64,000 nt of DNA from Bacteroidales bacterium (GTDB lineage: Bacteria > Bacteroidota > Bacteroidia > Bacteroidales > JBDKHP01). A model generated the notes under the pieces. The model was not told the DNA's origin. It did not search any database and saw only the letters and a list, made by a program, of their open reading frames with translations. Positions 37,112-46,010 of this stretch are shown here, piece after piece (within the stretch, counting starts at the first letter, position 1; each line of letters begins with the position of its first letter). The stretch covers positions 335,292 to 399,291 of the forward strand of contig CBDDLB010000004.1 of assembly GCA_965230435.1 (NCBI GenBank), in the 5' to 3' direction. A program made the translations under genes and the position numbers.

Positions 37112-38136
37112 GATCGTGTTAACCATGTAATGCTATTTGTTTATTATAGTCCGTGATAAAATATTTAATCGCCCCAATATGGTTGTCCAGTTTTTTAGAA
37201 AATGAGAGCGTCTGTCTGACCAACCTGCTACAACGTTGCCTGAGGGTGTTGTTAAAGCGTTCGATGTGGTTGGTAAACCTTGACTTAAATGACTTATTAA
37301 TAGGGGTATGCTTTTCCTGTGGTATCACATTCTGATACGCTTTATAAGAATCGGTGAAGAACATGAAGTTCTCTTTAAAATATTCCGGGATACTGTCCCA
37401 TAGTTTCCAGGCCGACTCTTGACTTCTGTCCCCGATATGGAACCCGATTATCTGTCTGTCAATTACATTCATGGCCAACCAGATCCACTGCTTATTGCCC
37501 TTATTATCAACGAAGCTCCATGCTTCATCGGCCTCACATGGGGGCATGAAGAAAAGGATGGAATTTTTATCGTCAAGGATATGGTGCGAGAAGCTGTCGT
37601 TGGGCAGGCCTGCCTCTTCCTGTTCCAGATCAAGCCCGGGACAGGTATATTCCTGTAAGTCTTCAATTTGATCACACTGTCCTTCTGGTATGAACTCATG
37701 TTCCATACCCGATTTTTCGTTGTTTTCCAGGAGATTATATATTTTCTCATCCAGCTTTGCGTCCGAATAATTTTCAACAGATTCCATATCAATAATAACA
37801 TTCAGGTTGTCAGGAACTTCTTTGTATACTTCTCTGATAAATTTCAACAGCCATTTAAGGCTGATGTGCACACACCTACAGATACCCCGCAGGGAAATGC
37901 GTTCCAGTAACAGTGACTTTACAAAGCTCTTATCCTCTTCTGATACAAGCTTTTGTTCCGGATTTTCAACAAATTGACGGCCGCATTCAAGACAGTAGTG
38001 ATTCTGCTTTCCATTGTGAATATGCCCGTTCAGTTTTATATTTTTACTTTGGCAACGCGGACACAAAAGATGATCTTTGTTCATGATCACAAAAGTAAAA
38101 TTCTTGATTAGATAGCATTACATGGTTATCACTACC
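37112..38136 (-). mobile_element. IS1-family insertion sequence
   Basis: ~26-bp IRs: GATCGTGTTAACCATGTAATGCTAT (from 37112) versus the revcomp of ATAGCATTACATGGTTATCACTACC (ending 38136), i.e. GGTAGTGATAACC... The 8-bp direct duplication AAATTATA lies at 37104-37111 and 38137-38144. Confidence 0.85.
37119..38090 (-). CDS. IS1-family transposase (single fused ORF)
   Basis: 323 aa. InsA-like Zn finger CPRCQSKNIKLNGHIHNGKQNHYCLECGRQF plus HTH, then an InsB-like DDE region (...WIWLAMNVIDRQIIGFHIGDRS...FFTDSYKAY...). Confidence 0.85.
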   Translation of the reverse strand: MIMNKDHLLCPRCQSKNIKLNGHIHNGKQNHYCLECGRQFVENPEQKLVSEEDKSFVKSLLLERISLRGICRCVHISLKWLLKFIREVYKEVPDNLNVIIDMESVENYSDAKLDEKIYNLLENNEKSGMEHEFIPEGQCDQIEDLQEYTCPGLDLEQEEAGLPNDSFSHHILDDKNSILFFMPPCEADEAWSFVDNKGNKQWIWLAMNVIDRQIIGFHIGDRSQESAWKLWDSIPEYFKENFMFFTDSYKAYQNVIPQEKHTPINKSFKSRFTNHIERFNNTLRQRCSRLVRQTLSFSKKLDNHIGAIKYFITDYNKQIALHG

Positions 38137-38326
38137 AAATTATACCTGTCCTGTAGCCATTTGCTAAAATCATTCAATAAATCCATCCCAACCTCTTCCT
38201 CTTCGTTTCTGAAATACCAGCCATCAATGAATGATTTTAAGCATGAGATACTTTTACTGCTTATGTACATTGCAGGCCTTGGCCTGATCATATTTATTAA
38301 TTCTATAATATTCATCTATAATATTT

Positions 38327-38617
38327 TTAAAAGTTAGTTCCTGTGATAGAGTGACCGCTTGGAGAAAACAAATCGTTCATCCAACCTTTGAAATCTGTTC
38401 CTTGTGGATTTAGATTATCAAAGACTGTATCTCCAACTTTTATAGCCTTATGTGTACCATTCTTTGAAATATTATCACCTAATTTATAACCCCCTGACTC
38501 CTTGTAGCAAAAGCCACTCTGATACTTATCTCCATACTTCACATTATAGCTAAGCGTTAGCTTGTGGCTACGCTCAATATCGTAATTGTTGAATTGTATG
38601 GTATCGAGCGTAGCCAC
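38327..38617 (-). CDS. Orphan toxin-like module whose 5' half is the junction repeat (copy G)
   Basis: 96-aa ORF with a GTG start inside the repeat's hairpin arm and an in-frame TAG two codons upstream. ...DTIQFNNYDIERSHKLTLSYNVKYGDKYQSGFCYKESGG is repeat-encoded. It is followed by the unique tail YKLGDNISKNGTHKAIKVGDTVFDNLNPQGTDFKGWMNDLF. A C...H...D papain-like arrangement is possible but unverified. Confidence 0.45.
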   Translation of the reverse strand: MATLDTIQFNNYDIERSHKLTLSYNVKYGDKYQSGFCYKESGGYKLGDNISKNGTHKAIKVGDTVFDNLNPQGTDFKGWMNDLFSPSGHSITGTNF

Positions 38618-38645
38618 AGGCTAACGCTCAGCGGAGATGAAGCCA
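38490..38645 (-). repeat. Cassette-junction repeat, copy G (inverted orientation, variant without the internal TGA)
   Basis: The revcomp reads CTCCGCTGAGCGTTAGCCTGTGGCTACGC-loop-GCGTAGCCACAAGCTAACGCTTAGCTATAATGTGAAGTATGGAGATAAGTATCAGAGTGGCTTTTGCTACAAGGAGTCAGGGGG. Confidence 0.8.
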
Positions 38646-38859
38646 AATATTGATGCGGTCATGAAACTGGTCTAGCAAGTAGGTGCTACCGTAGGTTATC
38701 TCTTGGGAGAGACTATAAGAAGTACTGAAAGACTCTGGGATACTAAAAAGGTTTAATTGATATATGCCCTACTTGATACGGATAAGTCGCGCAGCTTGTA
38801 CACGATCGATGCTCCATTGGCTTCTGTAAAAAACCGACTGACATACAAAAACCTTGCAT

Positions 38860-39135
38860 TTCTGCAAAACTGGCTAATTTTCTGGCTTTAATTTATGACC
38901 ATGTCCAGTATCATGGTTACTGAACTGCATGGCACCTACCGAAGTAACAGACTATCAAACAGCAAAATAGCACTATCATCAACTTCTTGAGTGAAGGCAT
39001 AAAACCACTGCTGAACAAATGAGGCTTATCCAACAGCTTGACGAAGACAATAAACAAACCATCTTTAAACTCATTGACAAGATGCTTACCAATAAAAAGT
39101 TTAAAGACTTCTTCAATAAAAGATTGCTGGTTTGT
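38860..39135 (+). pseudogene. Possible decayed XRE-type HTH regulator remnant
   Basis: Plus-strand pieces in different frames: ...LANFLALIYDHVQYHGY*, ...KIALSSTS*, and MRLIQQLDEDNKQTIFKLIDKMLTNKKFKDFF. The last resembles the C-terminal tail of Bacteroidota XRE-family proteins as I remember them. Confidence 0.25.
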
Positions 39136-39138
39136 AAT

Positions 39139-39774
39139 TTAAGAAGTTTCTACAGGCTCAAAAATACAACCTTTTATATCAGCAGCCTCTAAAGCTTCTT
39201 TTGCTACTTCAGATACAAAGATTTCACTAGCTTTTTCCTCTATTCTAAAAATGGGAGGAAAACCATTCTGTGCTTTTTTCAATACTAATTTATTGATATG
39301 TCCCACTGGTAGAATAAAATCCTCTTCATATTTTGAGTTTTCATAGTCAAACGCCTTCAAATAGGACATTATTTGAACTATTTTATATTCTGTATTTACT
39401 GGAACTTCAGGTTTTAAATTATTACTAGAGTCGAACAATTCATCGAAATATGTATCACTTATCATTACAACAGGAATTAAGCGAATATTAATTTCACCTA
39501 AACTACTTATTATCTCTATCATCCTGTCACTTAAAACAGGCACCATAAGGCTTGTCAATGGATAATCATATTCTGGTATTAAATTAAAATTTGCTTGCAA
39601 ATAAATTTGTTTTGGAAAATCAAAAGCCCTTGTACTGATAATATCTGCACCAAATTCATTATCATTCTTAAAAGGCAAATGAAATGCGTCTTTTTCAGGG
39701 TCACCTGAATGATTAAAATCCCAGTTAAGTTTATATACTTCTCCCATTGTTAATTTAATTTTCGTGATTTCCAT
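39139..39774 (-). CDS. Candidate immunity protein of the AHH nuclease effector
   Basis: 211-aa cytoplasmic ORF that overlaps the 3' end of the toxin gene by 25 nt. Family not assigned. Confidence 0.55.
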   Translation of the reverse strand: MEITKIKLTMGEVYKLNWDFNHSGDPEKDAFHLPFKNDNEFGADIISTRAFDFPKQIYLQANFNLIPEYDYPLTSLMVPVLSDRMIEIISSLGEINIRLIPVVMISDTYFDELFDSSNNLKPEVPVNTEYKIVQIMSYLKAFDYENSKYEEDFILPVGHINKLVLKKAQNGFPPIFRIEEKASEIFVSEVAKEALEAADIKGCIFEPVETS

Positions 39775-42700
39775 CCTTTCAGAATACTCCCAGCTCTATT
39801 TTCTATAGTCGTAACAACCTGTTTCAAAACATCTTCTGGCACTTTATCCAAACCGGGATAATTCTTCTTAAGAGCATTCGTATACTCATTAATAACTTTA
39901 TTTAACTCAACATCATAGTTTGGGTGACTTCCAGAATGTCTTGGTAACTCTTTTGTAACTCCAGTTACCGCATCCTCATCAGTCTTGGATAAATACCGAC
40001 CATTACTCTTTCTGTCAATATCATATAAACCTCGTTTAATAGCTTCCTGATGAAGTGGACTATCTCTAACAACATTATCTGGAACGAGATGATGAGCTTC
40101 GTGATTCTTAGCAGGAGGATTTCCAAGATTTTTCCTTAATTTCCCAGACTTACTTATTCTTTGTGAACCTGTGTATTTAACAATATTCCCATTGTTATCT
40201 ACAGTTAAACGTGTTGGGGTCCTAGGATCACTTGTGTTTTTTCTCCTTATCCTCTTCTTTCCACCTCGAATGTAAAACTGAAATCCCTCGGGAGCCTCTT
40301 TTAAATCATTAATATTTTTACCAATCAAGTTATCAACTTCATTGGTATTTGATGCTTTCCAAGTCTTATTCCCACCTACAACCGTTATTGCATCTGATGG
40401 GTTTCCTGAGGAATCTTTTTTATAAAGGTAATCTAAATTTTTAGACTTGCTACCAGAATCATCAACCTCCATGAGCAATACCGTAGCATTAAACTTTCCC
40501 CAGAGTTGAATTCTAGTCCCCTTCTTCTCAAACCACATCCGTTTAAACTTAAACCTTTGTAGGATACGCTCTCTCAGATCACCGAAGCTCTTTGCGCCCT
40601 TTCCTACTTTGCCCCGAAGTGCCACGACCAGTTTTGAGTTCTTAATCTTGGCAATGCCCTTTTGAACCACTCCCTTGGAGGCACTTACACCCCGCTTTAC
40701 AAAACCGCGTGCCTTTGTCAGTCCTTCGAGTACTTTTGTGCCAGTTTTAGTTGATTTTAAAAACCTTTTGAACATTTTACCCATCAATGGTAAAATCTTA
40801 TCCATAAAGAACTCCGAAACAATGATAGCTAAAGCTTTAGCTAAGGACTGAGCTGCTTTTCGGGGATCTCCATTCCATGCGTACCTGACATAGTCCTCAA
40901 TAGACTCGTATGCATTAGAAATTGCTTTTGCCCCAAAATAATAGGTCATGGCTTTAGCAAGAATGTTTACAGCAAAAGCCAGTCCTGCCCCTCCAGTAAA
41001 AAATGCAATAGCTCCAGCAGCTATTAATGCAGTTGTTAAACCCGCAATAATCCACCCTTTGTATTGCTGCCACATCACCTGGATACCAGTCAGCATTTGT
41101 TTTCCCATAAATATAAGACGTTGGCCTACGCTCAAACGGCCTGTCTTCGTGATAAGTGCCTCTTCTGACAACTCTTGATTTGGAACAGTTGTTTCGGATT
41201 CTTGGGGTGATGGTTCCTGTGCCCCTGCTTCCTGTACTGGCTGTAGCATTTGCTCCAAATAATAATCCAGCTTTTGCTGATCTGTCATATTGCGCCAATC
41301 TGGATCACTTCCTCCTGCTACTTCTGTTTCTTGCTGGTTAGCTATAACATCGGGAGTTTGAAGTGAGCCAGATGAAAAGGTATCGTTCAAAGTTGTCATA
41401 TTGAATCCAGCTTCATAAGCAGCCGTAGCCTGAAAATCTTCAGTGGTAACCCCTTCAGATCCGGCACCTCCCAAATCCATTTCTTGTCCATCCTGTAAAA
41501 TAGACAATTGATTCAGAATCGTTGGTTCCAGATGAATTGCTGGGTTTGGATCAATGATCACATCTTCATCACTTAGCTCTTGCTTAGTTAACAACTCCTG
41601 AATGGCACTAGAAACTGTCGCTGTGGTCTCATTAGTTTCTAGATTGACCTGTTCCTTCTCTTCCGTTATTCCCATTGCCTTTGCCCAGGCATCCTCCTGT
41701 CCTAAAGGAACTTCAAAGTTGGGAAGGGGCTGGCTTGGATCTCCCCCAAGTGATTCTTTGGCCAGTTCACTTGGGAAAGCAAGTGGAGAAAGGGCTATTC
41801 CCTTCAAAAGATTGACCAGAAACGATAATACCTTCAATATCGCCAATGCAATCACCTTCAATGCATCTATCAACAGGTTATAAAAGGCCTGATAAGCGGC
41901 CAAGATTGAATCCAATACCGTCCCAAGGAGATCCAACATTGCGCTAACGGTCTTTTTTAGTCCTTCGGCTAAAGTGTTAACCACCTGCGAGGCTATCGAC
42001 ACCGCTTTATCAATCAATGCATTGAACTTCTGTCGAAGTTTAGGAAATGCAGCCAGAACCACATTAACAAGTCCTTTAAGTACCTGTCCAAAGGATTGAA
42101 TCATTCCGGTAATCACATTACGGGCTGCATCAATGAGATTATTGGCGAGTTTCTTAGCTCCCTCAACAATGTTTTTCACCACTTTTCTAAGCCCATCAAA
42201 CAAGGCATTAATACCTTCCTTCAGCTTGTTAAATAAATTTTTAGTTGCATCTACCGCACGGTCGAACCAGCCTTTTTTCTTGGCCTCGTCCTCTCTATTT
42301 TGGGCTTCCTTTTTGGTAATAGCTATTTGTTCATCAGTCTGCTTTTGTGCTTGGCTGTAAGTAGTAGCTACCTGAGTATCGGTTTCTCTTACTTTGGCTT
42401 CAATGCTGGCATCAACCTTTGCCTTTTCCGCAACAGATTTATTGGCAAACTCTTCTTCAATGGCTTGATTCTCCCTCTGCCAGTCGGCCCTGTAAGCTGA
42501 TACTTCGGCTTGCGCTTGTTGCTGGGCTGCTTCCTGATTTTCTTTGACTATTTGAGTTTCAGCACTGATTTGTGCTTCGGTGTTGGCTCGTTCCTGCTGC
42601 TCCTGAACCTTCATCTTTTCATATTCGGCAGCTTGTTTGGCCTTTTCGGGTGCCAGTTGCTTATCTAGATGAGCCTGAGTTCCCGCATCAAAACGATCCT

Positions 42701-43814
42701 TTATTTCTGGAGGAATGGGCGGGAGATCTTCTTCCAACGAAGAGGGAGCCTGCACAGGTGATAATTCCACAGAAGGGGACAAGGTTTCGGGCGATACCTG
42801 TGGGAAAATATCGTTTTCCCCTCTAGATACCAGACTGGCTGCATCGCTGTTGGCTTTAAAAGCTACCACCTCATGACTTGATGTTTCTAGGTTGGACTGG
42901 TTCTGGACTGGATTGGCCTGACCTGATAAATTCACCTTTGGTGGCTGCCCCATTTCGACATTGAAAGGATCGGTGGTTAGAAGTGCCTGCTGACTTTCTT
43001 CATGAACCTGCTGTTGTTCTTTTTCTCCAGAGGGCAACTGAATATCTAAATTGATTTTTGAGGAAATTGTAGGTAGAGTTTCCATTTTTTCCACCACCTG
43101 TCCTGCCCCTTCTGTCTTAGCTGGCAGCCCAGTTGGTTTAGGGATTTCGGGAAGGCTACTTTTCAGGGAACTCTTTTCATTATCGTATGCCTGCTGAACA
43201 TCATTTGTTGACTGCCCCAGTTTGTCTACAAAACTGATCGGTTTTAGATTGGTGAGCCCATCAAAATATTCCTGACTATTTCCTGTTGGTAGATTGACTG
43301 TCTCCTGTTCTTTCGCAGGCTCAGTATCCAGTTGAGAGCTAGGGACTGATTCAACTATCTCTGGTTTTTCCTGTGTCGTTGAGGACACTACACCCCCAAG
43401 TTTGGTATTTTCCCTTTCTTGCCCTTTTTCTTTTTCCCTTTTAACTGAAATCGGTTTCTCTTCGCTTCCTTTTTTGACGACATCCGCGATTCCATTTTCC
43501 CCTGCTTGTTTTCCATGTTCTTCTTTCTGGAGTGCAGACTTGTTCTCTTGTCCTGAAGCAACACCACTATCAGTCCCTTGTTCATTGACATGTACTTTTG
43601 ATTGGTCTGGATTATCCGGGTTGTGATGCTCATTTACATCATTCATATTCAGACCAGAAAAATTCTCAACTCCCAGCCCCGATTGATCGGGCATGTCTGT
43701 TTTACTGACTCTTCGTTGCTTTGCTTTCCCCCGCTTGGGCTGAAATGCATCTCTACTGGAAGCCGCACCTCTAACTTTAGGCTTTCTGCTATTTTGTTCC
43801 TTTTCTTTGTACAT
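39750..43814 (-). CDS. Giant leader-tagged effector with degenerate DUF4157 region, TM segment and C-terminal AHH (HNH/EndoVII) nuclease domain
   Basis: 1354 aa. Starts MYKEKEQNSRKPKVRGAASSRDAFQPKR. ENFSGLNMNDVNEHHN aligns with the DUF4157 start of its neighbours but the HExxH is missing. Long Gln/Glu/Ala coiled coil. TM WIIAGLTTALIAAGAIAFFTGGAGLAFAV. NHEAHHLVPDN (AHH at 40089-40097) plus RHSGSHPNY. Confidence 0.8.
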   Translation of the reverse strand: MYKEKEQNSRKPKVRGAASSRDAFQPKRGKAKQRRVSKTDMPDQSGLGVENFSGLNMNDVNEHHNPDNPDQSKVHVNEQGTDSGVASGQENKSALQKEEHGKQAGENGIADVVKKGSEEKPISVKREKEKGQERENTKLGGVVSSTTQEKPEIVESVPSSQLDTEPAKEQETVNLPTGNSQEYFDGLTNLKPISFVDKLGQSTNDVQQAYDNEKSSLKSSLPEIPKPTGLPAKTEGAGQVVEKMETLPTISSKINLDIQLPSGEKEQQQVHEESQQALLTTDPFNVEMGQPPKVNLSGQANPVQNQSNLETSSHEVVAFKANSDAASLVSRGENDIFPQVSPETLSPSVELSPVQAPSSLEEDLPPIPPEIKDRFDAGTQAHLDKQLAPEKAKQAAEYEKMKVQEQQERANTEAQISAETQIVKENQEAAQQQAQAEVSAYRADWQRENQAIEEEFANKSVAEKAKVDASIEAKVRETDTQVATTYSQAQKQTDEQIAITKKEAQNREDEAKKKGWFDRAVDATKNLFNKLKEGINALFDGLRKVVKNIVEGAKKLANNLIDAARNVITGMIQSFGQVLKGLVNVVLAAFPKLRQKFNALIDKAVSIASQVVNTLAEGLKKTVSAMLDLLGTVLDSILAAYQAFYNLLIDALKVIALAILKVLSFLVNLLKGIALSPLAFPSELAKESLGGDPSQPLPNFEVPLGQEDAWAKAMGITEEKEQVNLETNETTATVSSAIQELLTKQELSDEDVIIDPNPAIHLEPTILNQLSILQDGQEMDLGGAGSEGVTTEDFQATAAYEAGFNMTTLNDTFSSGSLQTPDVIANQQETEVAGGSDPDWRNMTDQQKLDYYLEQMLQPVQEAGAQEPSPQESETTVPNQELSEEALITKTGRLSVGQRLIFMGKQMLTGIQVMWQQYKGWIIAGLTTALIAAGAIAFFTGGAGLAFAVNILAKAMTYYFGAKAISNAYESIEDYVRYAWNGDPRKAAQSLAKALAIIVSEFFMDKILPLMGKMFKRFLKSTKTGTKVLEGLTKARGFVKRGVSASKGVVQKGIAKIKNSKLVVALRGKVGKGAKSFGDLRERILQRFKFKRMWFEKKGTRIQLWGKFNATVLLMEVDDSGSKSKNLDYLYKKDSSGNPSDAITVVGGNKTWKASNTNEVDNLIGKNINDLKEAPEGFQFYIRGGKKRIRRKNTSDPRTPTRLTVDNNGNIVKYTGSQRISKSGKLRKNLGNPPAKNHEAHHLVPDNVVRDSPLHQEAIKRGLYDIDRKSNGRYLSKTDEDAVTGVTKELPRHSGSHPNYDVELNKVINEYTNALKKNYPGLDKVPEDVLKQVVTTIENRAGSILKGWKSRKLN

Positions 43815-43922
43815 AATGGGATTTTACTATTTAATTATCAGCACAATCTTCATGGGACTAGGGTAGACACACCCAAATGAAAACTGAAGGTTTTCTCAGA
43901 AGACGAAGCCTTTCAGCTCTTT

Positions 43923-44316
43923 GTCTTGATTAATGAAGGATTAGGGGCAGTTCGTTGTTTGAAAATCATGAACTATCTGCCGATTTTCATTACCCCTCGC
44001 AAATGAATTTGAAAGTATTTAAATCACTTATTTTTAGTATGTTTTCATTCTGGACTAAACAAGTGTATCATTATAAAAGCGGTAGAAGTGCTCAATATTC
44101 TTATTTCGCAGCTCTCTCATCAATTCTTTTGAATCTGTAATAGGCCGCAACAGATTGAAACAATAAAACACTTATTGCTAGCTATATATCTAACATCGGG
44201 ATTCTGAAATAAGGATGACGAAAATTAGGTGTAGGTTCGTTTAGCCAGATAAGTCCATACTCTGTGAAAAAGCGTAGCTACAGCACCTAACAGTTATTCT
44301 ATAATCGGAGTTATAC
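43923..44316 (-). repeat. ~390-bp non-coding repeat upstream of effector 39750-43814 (copy alpha)
   Basis: Aligns with 45184-45580 (GTCTTGATTAATGA.GGAT.AGGGGCAGTTCGTTGTTT.AAAATCATGAACTATCT.CCGATTTTCAT...). Similarity weakens in the distal half. Confidence 0.7.
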
Positions 44317-44452
44317 TATGAAAAGCAAGAGAGGGGGAAATTATTAAAGTTGTGAGGGAGAAGAAATAAAATACGTTCCACTGCGAATGAAAACAACACT
44401 TTCTCATCTTCAAAAGAAGCCTCATTTCTTTTCAACTCAAGGTGGTTCCAAA

Positions 44453-44869
44453 TTATTTATTCAATACTTCAGCCCATTTCTTTTCAATTTCTTCCCTTTC
44501 TTCAAAGTTATACTCTATTTTTCCGTTAGATTTTAATTCTACGCTCAGACCATTCCATTTCTTATCAGCAATTATATTCCGATCATACTTCAAACATAGA
44601 ATGACATGCGCAAAAACGAATTTTTTTTCATCATTTAGATAACTTAACATTTGGCTATCACCATCCTCTGGATAATTGTTCCTAAAATCAATAGCCTTTT
44701 CTGATAAAACAGGAAATAAACCAACAAACGAGCCTTCCCATTTTACATCGTGATTGGAGAAATCGTATCCTTCATTCATTTTGAATGCTTTTTTTGTTTT
44801 TGAAGAAGAAGTGCAGCCCATAAATAAAGCCACATAAAGCATTGATATTGCAATGGTAGATTTTAACAT
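44453..44869 (-). CDS. Lipoprotein (immunity-like)
   Basis: 138 aa with lipobox LYVALFMGCTSS. Confidence 0.55.
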   Translation of the reverse strand: MLKSTIAISMLYVALFMGCTSSSKTKKAFKMNEGYDFSNHDVKWEGSFVGLFPVLSEKAIDFRNNYPEDGDSQMLSYLNDEKKFVFAHVILCLKYDRNIIADKKWNGLSVELKSNGKIEYNFEEREEIEKKWAEVLNK

Positions 44870-44943
44870 ATCTAGCTGTCTTTAGTTAATCCCCCACTCA
44901 GAAGAATTCACAACATTATTATTTTTTATCACTAATGTAGTTA

Positions 44944-45177
44944 TTACTTCCGCTCCATTTTGTCTACATAAGGAATTTCAACAGTAAGATCTATTGTGCC
45001 ATCTGGATTTACTTTTTGAGAAACAGGGGTGGCAGAACCTTGAGTATAAGCATGAGCTTGCACTGCTGCTGATTTAGCGGAATTGTAGTGCACTTTTACA
45101 TCATCCATACTCAAACCAGAAAGGCTCTCAATTCTGATTTCAATTGGTCGAACATGCCTGTTTTTGAAACCTTTCAA
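44944..45177 (-). pseudogene. 5'-truncated, frameshifted DUF4157 effector remnant
   Basis: ...ESLSGLSMDDVKVHYNSAKSAAVQAHAYTQGS matches the neighbouring effectors, but the MYKEKKK leader and HEAWH motif are absent. The upstream DNA aligns out of frame with ...NTGMPDQLKSEVESL... Confidence 0.7.
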
Positions 45178-45183
45178 GTTCCT

Positions 45184-45580
45184 GTCTTGATTAATGAGGA
45201 TGAGGGGGCAGTTCGTTGTTTAAAAATCATGAACTATCTTCCGATTTTCATCAGCCCTAGCGAATGAATTTGAAATTATTTCAATCGCTTGTTTTTAGTA
45301 TGTTTTCATTTTAGGTTAAACAAATGTATCATAATAAAAGCGCCAAAAGTTCTCAATATTCTTATTTCGCAGCTCTTTCGTCAATTCTTTTGAATCTGTA
45401 GTAATACACAATAGAGCAGAAAGACAACAAAAAGCTCATTATTAGCTACTCATAAAATATCAGAATTCGAAAGTAAGGATAACAAAAACCGGGTATAGAT
45501 TCGTTTACCCGCATAAGTTCACACACTACGAAAGAACTTATTTACAACACCTGACAATCATTCTACAATCGGATTTATAC
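45184..45580 (-). repeat. ~390-bp non-coding repeat (copy beta) upstream of the DUF4157 remnant
   Basis: See 43923-44316. Confidence 0.7.
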
Positions 45581-45704
45581 AGCAATAGAGGAGGAATTAT
45601 TAAGAAATAGGAGGAGCATTTTCCTCCTCCTTCATTCTCAACATTCGAAATATTTATGGAATATTCGTTTTTTAGCTTTAGCATTTTTTCATTTTCTCAA
45701 AATA

Positions 45705-46007
45705 TTAATCTACCAAGACATTAAAAGAATATAAAAGAAAGAAAAATACAATTATACCAAATAAAGAAAACAATAAATTTCGTTTTGAAATCTTAAATAA
45801 AAGGGGAATTAGTAAAGGAAATGCTCCTCCAATAGCGCTAAAAATTTTATTCTGATTCAGGAGTTTATCTACCCAGGTTCCAAATAAAAACCAATGATTA
45901 CCAGAATAAAAATAATTATTATAAAGAAGAAGTCCCAATACTAATAAACAGATCGCAAATGAAATAGTTACACATATAATAGGCAATATTTTTTCTATAC
46001 TCTTCAT
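45705..46007 (-). CDS. Small polytopic membrane protein (candidate immunity)
   Basis: 100 aa with three hydrophobic helices. It starts 3 nt after the stop of effector 46011-47531. Confidence 0.55.
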   Translation of the reverse strand: MKSIEKILPIICVTISFAICLLVLGLLLYNNYFYSGNHWFLFGTWVDKLLNQNKIFSAIGGAFPLLIPLLFKISKRNLLFSLFGIIVFFFLLYSFNVLVD

Positions 46008-46010
46008 ATT

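Larger units (their letters stand above)
37040..38315 (-). pseudogene. Small immunity-like gene interrupted by the IS1-family element
   Basis: The 5' part is 38145-38315 (MNIIELINMIRPRPAMYISSKSISCLKSFIDGWYF...KWLQDRYNL). Deleting the IS and one TSD copy continues the frame into 37040-37111 (...DDTRGWERIILFSGRIKCVE*). An adjacent frame reads more protein-like (FYSQDESNALNNFFTYFDKFLEEKG), so an extra frameshift is possible. Confidence 0.6.

Noticed and set aside
43955-44140. 61-aa plus-strand ORF
   Set aside because: It lies within the ~390-bp repeat. The second repeat copy does not keep this frame open, so it is unlikely to be coding.
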